A stretch of DNA of 64,000 nt from Methylobacter sp. (GTDB taxonomy: Bacteria > Pseudomonadota > Gammaproteobacteria > Methylococcales > Methylomonadaceae): assembly GCA_038922535.1 (NCBI GenBank), contig JBCKWO010000001.1:1723-65722 (forward strand). Direction: 5' to 3'. The notes under the pieces are model-generated. The model was given only the letters and a program-made list of their open reading frames with translations, had not been told where the DNA came from and did not search any database. Of this stretch, positions 62,801 through 64,000 are shown one piece after another. Positions within the stretch are counted from its first letter, which is position 1. Every line of letters starts with the position of its first letter. Both the position numbers and the translations under genes were made by a program.

Positions 62801-63508
62801 ATGACAGCAACAAACAACGTACACCCGCATGAAATCCATAAATTCGGCTCGATGGCGGAACGCTGGTGGGATACGCAGGGCGAATTCAAAACCCTGCACG
62901 ATATTAATCCATTGCGCCTCCAGTTCATCCAGCGTTACGCGGATATTACTGGCAAACGCATTGTCGATGTCGGCTGCGGCGGGGGCATCTTGACCGAAGG
63001 GCTGGCTAAACAGGGTGTCGATGCGCTGGGTATCGACCTGAGTGAAGACCTGATCGACATTGCCGATCTGCACGGGCTGGAATCCGGCGTTAGTGCGCAT
63101 TATCAAAAAATCAGCGCCGAGGACTTGGCCGAACAACAGCCGGAAAGTTTCGATCATGTGACCTGCATGGAAATGCTCGAGCATGTGCCTGATCCCGGTT
63201 CGATCATCTCGGCTTGCGCCAAAATGGTCAAACCTGGCGGCATGGTGTTTTTCTCGACGCTGAACCGTAAGCCCAAGGCGTATTTGCTGGCCATTTTCGC
63301 CGCCGAATACGTGTTGCGGATGTTGCCCAAAGGCACTCATGATTTTAAAACCTTTATCAAACCGTCGGAGTTGTGCCAGTCGGCGCGTGCGGCAGGCCTT
63401 GAGTTGCAGAGCATGGTCGGCATCGAATACAACCCGTTCAGCAAACGTTTCAGCCTCGGCAAAGACATTGACGTTAATTACATCGTCGCCTTTAAACGTA
63501 TCGAGTGA
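62801..63508 (+). CDS. ubiG: Ubiquinone biosynthesis O-methyltransferase
   Basis: WWD..GEFKTLHDINPLR, DVGCGGGIL, CMEMLEHVPDP. Confidence 0.96.
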   Translation: MTATNNVHPHEIHKFGSMAERWWDTQGEFKTLHDINPLRLQFIQRYADITGKRIVDVGCGGGILTEGLAKQGVDALGIDLSEDLIDIADLHGLESGVSAHYQKISAEDLAEQQPESFDHVTCMEMLEHVPDPGSIISACAKMVKPGGMVFFSTLNRKPKAYLLAIFAAEYVLRMLPKGTHDFKTFIKPSELCQSARAAGLELQSMVGIEYNPFSKRFSLGKDIDVNYIVAFKRIE

Positions 63509-63510
63509 CC

Positions 63511-64000
63511 ATGACTGCCGATTTCAAATTATCCTGCGTATTGTTCGACCTGGACGGCACTCTGGTCGATACCGCGCCGGACTTGATTTCATGCATGAAT
63601 CTGGCGCTCAACGCCCACGGTTTTGATGTCGCTGCAACTGAAATCATCAAGCCGTTTATTTCCTATGGCGCTGCGGCCATGATCAACGCCAGTCAGCCTA
63701 CGCTTGATGACCGGGTGAAGACGGATATTTTGAACACCATGCTAACTCACTACCAGAATAATATTGCCGAACACACGGTTTTTTTCTCGGGCATGACTGA
63801 TACGCTGGCCGCGATTGAAGCCCAAGGGCTGAAATGGGGGGTAGTTACCAATAAGCGCGAACGCTTCACTCATCCGCTAATGGATGCCTTGAAGCTGACC
63901 GACCGCGCCGCCTGCATCGTCAGCGGTGACACCACAGCTAACCCCAAGCCCCACCCGGAACCGATGTTGGCAGCCTGTAAACAGGCTGACGTCAATCCAC
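63511..64000 (+). CDS. HAD phosphatase (Gph/MupP-like), runs off the window end
   Basis: CVLFDLDGTLVDTAPD, GVVTNK, KPHPEPM; ubiG-gph synteny. Confidence 0.85.
   Translation, partial: MTADFKLSCVLFDLDGTLVDTAPDLISCMNLALNAHGFDVAATEIIKPFISYGAAAMINASQPTLDDRVKTDILNTMLTHYQNNIAEHTVFFSGMTDTLAAIEAQGLKWGVVTNKRERFTHPLMDALKLTDRAACIVSGDTTANPKPHPEPMLAACKQADVNP

Noticed and set aside
62786-63340. 184-aa antisense ORF and similar shadow ORFs
   Set aside because: They lie opposite well-supported genes and carry no motifs

Overview
A chromosomal segment of a gammaproteobacterium, probably Methylococcales/Methylobacter-like (inferred from protein sequences and gene order, not proven). The housekeeping backbone comprises the 3' end of speA, rubredoxin and its reductase, a late cobalamin operon (bluB-cobT-cobS-cobC-cobD-cobQ//cbiB-cobU), ispB-rplU-rpmA-obgE-proB-rpsT-murJ, purC, pilT/yggS, purD-purH-fis-dusB, rlmI-prmA-accCB-aroQ, dsbD-cutA-fxsA, uvrD, fbaA, ubiG and gph. 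Two defence islands are present. One is a Type III R-M island with Doc, PIN and VapB modules and a MITE-broken RAYT, which splits the cob operon. The other is a Type I R-M locus with darTG inserted between hsdS and hsdR. The most striking unexplained signal is a family of 51-bp (17-codon) twin-hairpin elements with GGA-containing loops and covarying stems. Copies sit in-frame inside four unrelated genes (cobS, cobD, a glcF-like gene, uvrD), nest inside each other without target duplication, and related arrays flank the Type III island. Several other REP, MITE and heptamer repeat families are also present.
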